Shown here piece by piece: positions 62,901 through 64,000 of a stretch of 64,000 bases of DNA. A program made the translations under genes and the position numbers. The stretch lies in the NCBI GenBank assembly GCA_963663895.2, contig CAXXRD010000001.1:416001-480000 (forward strand). The letters run 5' to 3'. A model generated the notes under the pieces. The model did no database searches. It was given only the letters and a program-made list of their open reading frames with translations, and was not told the DNA's origin. The number at the start of each line of letters is the position of its first letter. Within the stretch, counting starts at the first letter, position 1. This stretch comes from Dehalococcoidia bacterium. GTDB taxonomy: Bacteria > Chloroflexota > Dehalococcoidia > Bin125.

Positions 62901-63097
62901 TCAGCGCCGGGGTGCGGGCGGGTCGCTTTTTCCCCTATCCAGGGAAAGCCGATGGCGGCCGGCGGCGCCCCAATTGCACGTTCTGCGACTTCGCCAGCGT
63001 CTGTGCGACCGATGTGGACCAGCGCTTCGAGGCCAAGGAGAAGCAGGATCAGGACACGATTCGAGCGTTCCGTACGCTGCAGGCGCAACGAGCATGA
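59948..63097 (+). CDS. addB: AddB/RexB-like PD-(D/E)XK nuclease subunit
   Basis: Degenerate helicase N-terminus; YATCPYRY, RGRIDRVD, IDYKTG, LQLPIY, CTFCDFASVC (Fe-S staple). Confidence 0.85.
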   Translation: MPFTIQTVPTLKAAEERLAAFLGSVRTEPTRRINILTGSNAQRIYFRRLLGRHFGATANVRFATPVDLAEEIRRAAAAPRRPRLPDGGDVLLVAELLRRLRRNGQLDQLDPDLQGIAEAARGALNDLREGGISSGEFRRALRRSDARKLHDLAALYAAYESIEDTSAFLDRPALYREALDDRVSDEAVQRALGGAPTAVIGLYDAPPVQVALIRRCAEVVDLEIILVATAEPEFAFADNFKDALIKAGATVQDDPDHLTDASKIRAATAHFSAPTRQAEAEEVARQMLALARDHGVPFNEMAVLHRLDHGYDDLMAAVLSRAGIPVYRGAGHPVRHTAAGRAVLVLLNLLLESPTRHRLLEFLGNPALRPDIPTLGSAVPPQVRPQPVRWERISKSAGMVAGWERFQTQLDAHVKMLRDREDQERRGGALQAAAELRGVVARLAAAAEAGKTLPSWSDYGDWLWGVLDAYLAPEEEEGPLSTIRSQIEALRQLDRADLPVDAARFHHAAAHAVRRAVESGGFLERDGAFLGNVNAARWLRFQAVFLTECAERIFPSLIQLDPILLDDEREMLNRRLRRKALPIKRERAQEEQLLFALVEQSARRFLTISWARRTTTSGAPRLSSTFLRKSVRSGREEGVTERELVEQGLIRRLPARLAGAAPSPEQLAARDWHATETALDATDFALALLEAAPAGAPTVLRALWPDHERYQAARAERNASYFSAYDGLIPPGALQRDPLSPSTSATGLEEYATCPYRYFLRRVLRVAAVAEPGEALEMTPLDRGDLVHTILERWIRRWIEAGREGQADWPTYLRDEAPLMQIAQEEFTAADLSGLAGLPATWDVVREEVLSDLRRVLELERARGAEGHRPIGVEIDFGDLAVPLPDGTELRFRGRIDRVDRGPEGIVAIDYKTGASRKRAEDYRDGSALQLPIYLLAAAREFGDEPGAARAEYWYATRKGNFARSSLDGATVLADAAWADALASISAGVRAGRFFPYPGKADGGRRRPNCTFCDFASVCATDVDQRFEAKEKQDQDTIRAFRTLQAQRA

Positions 63098-64000
63098 GTA
63101 AGCGGCTTCCCGCAGATCAAGCGGTGCGCGACAGCGCCATCCGCGATCTCGACAGGTCGATCTTCCTGCGGGCGGGAGCCGGTAGCGGGAAGACGAGCGT
63201 GCTCGTCGGACGTCTGATCGAGGCGGTGCGGACGGGGCGGGCGGAACTGCGTCAGATCGTGGCGATCACCTTCACGGAGAAGGCGGCTGGGGAGCTACGG
63301 GACCGTGTCCGGCGCGAGCTGTACAGGACGTTGCGTGCGGTTGAGGGCGAGGAGGCGGAATGCCTGCGCCGCGCGCTTGGTCAAGTCGACGCGGCGCACA
63401 TCGAGACGATTCACGCCTTCGCATCGAGCCTGTTGCGCGAGCGCCCGCTGGAGGCGCGCTTGGATCCGCACTTCCGGGTGCTGGATGCCGTGGGGGAGCA
63501 GCTGGCGTTCGAGCAGGCCTGGCAGGACTGGCTCTGGTCCGAGCGGGATCCCGAGGCACGTCCTCGGGTGGAACGTTGCCTGCGACTGGGCATGTCGCTC
63601 GACACGCTGCGCGATCTCACGCACCGGATCACCGAGACGCGCGACCTCGACCCACGCCAATCGATCGCGGCGCCCCCCGCCGCCACCACGGTGTACGACG
63701 CGTTGCGGAGCAAGCTGGAGGATTTGATTGCCGCGTCGCGCGAAGAGGGAGAAAGTCCGCAGGCCCGGAAGCTCCTCGACCAACTGCACGGCTTCGAAGG
63801 GCTGGCACCGCCCGCGCTTGAAGCGGCGCTCACGCAGCTCCAGATCACGCCACCCCGCTCGGGCCGACGCGGCGGCGAGGCACGCCTGCGCCAGGATGAA
63901 GCGTGGCGCGCCCTCAAGGAGCAGCATCAGCAGTACGCCGAGGCGGTGCGAACCCAGGCGCTGACAGAGCTGATCGCGGTCGCCTATCGTTTCGTCGTCG
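63094..64000 (+). CDS. addA: AddA/UvrD-like helicase (partial, runs off window end)
   Basis: Not in the ORF track. ATG 63094 is ATGA-coupled to addB: MSKRLPADQAVR...AGAGSGKT...AITFTEKAAGEL...IETIHAF. Confidence 0.88.
   Translation, partial: MSKRLPADQAVRDSAIRDLDRSIFLRAGAGSGKTSVLVGRLIEAVRTGRAELRQIVAITFTEKAAGELRDRVRRELYRTLRAVEGEEAECLRRALGQVDAAHIETIHAFASSLLRERPLEARLDPHFRVLDAVGEQLAFEQAWQDWLWSERDPEARPRVERCLRLGMSLDTLRDLTHRITETRDLDPRQSIAAPPAATTVYDALRSKLEDLIAASREEGESPQARKLLDQLHGFEGLAPPALEAALTQLQITPPRSGRRGGEARLRQDEAWRALKEQHQQYAEAVRTQALTELIAVAYRFVV

Overview
GC-rich bacterial chromosomal window, most consistent with a Chloroflexota (Dehalococcoidia/SAR202-like) genome. That assignment is an inference from five luciferase-like monooxygenases, class F sortases, AddAB, thrC-NIL and an AGAAC-N4-GTTCT LexA box. 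Left to right: (1) a partner-switching signalling operon (STAS, REC-PP2C, RsbW, periplasmic binding protein, TorS-like HAMP sensor) behind a decayed amtB-glnK pair; (2) a catabolic cluster of LLM oxidoreductases, two hydantoinase-B subunits, two amidases with a small AtzG/GatC-like partner, an SDR, a hydrolase and an ADH; (3) a c-di-AMP (ydaO) riboswitch and terminator followed by about 400 nt of highly structured DNA with no convincing gene; (4) housekeeping genes (nnrE, short mutY, EamA, NDP-sugar synthase, two sortases, thrC-NIL); (5) a type I R-M locus with a HEPN toxin, an MNT antitoxin fused to HsdS, and a chain of TA/defence-like cassettes separated by relics of the hsdR 5' end; (6) sodC-like, sthA-like and lipoprotein genes, rhaD-SDR, czcD with a tiny His/Cys repeat protein, and addB-addA. 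The best novelty candidates are the hsdR-relic cassette array, the HEPN / MNT-HsdS guard module, and the riboswitch-controlled orphan structured RNA. All calls are by-eye motif recognition; no database searches were run.
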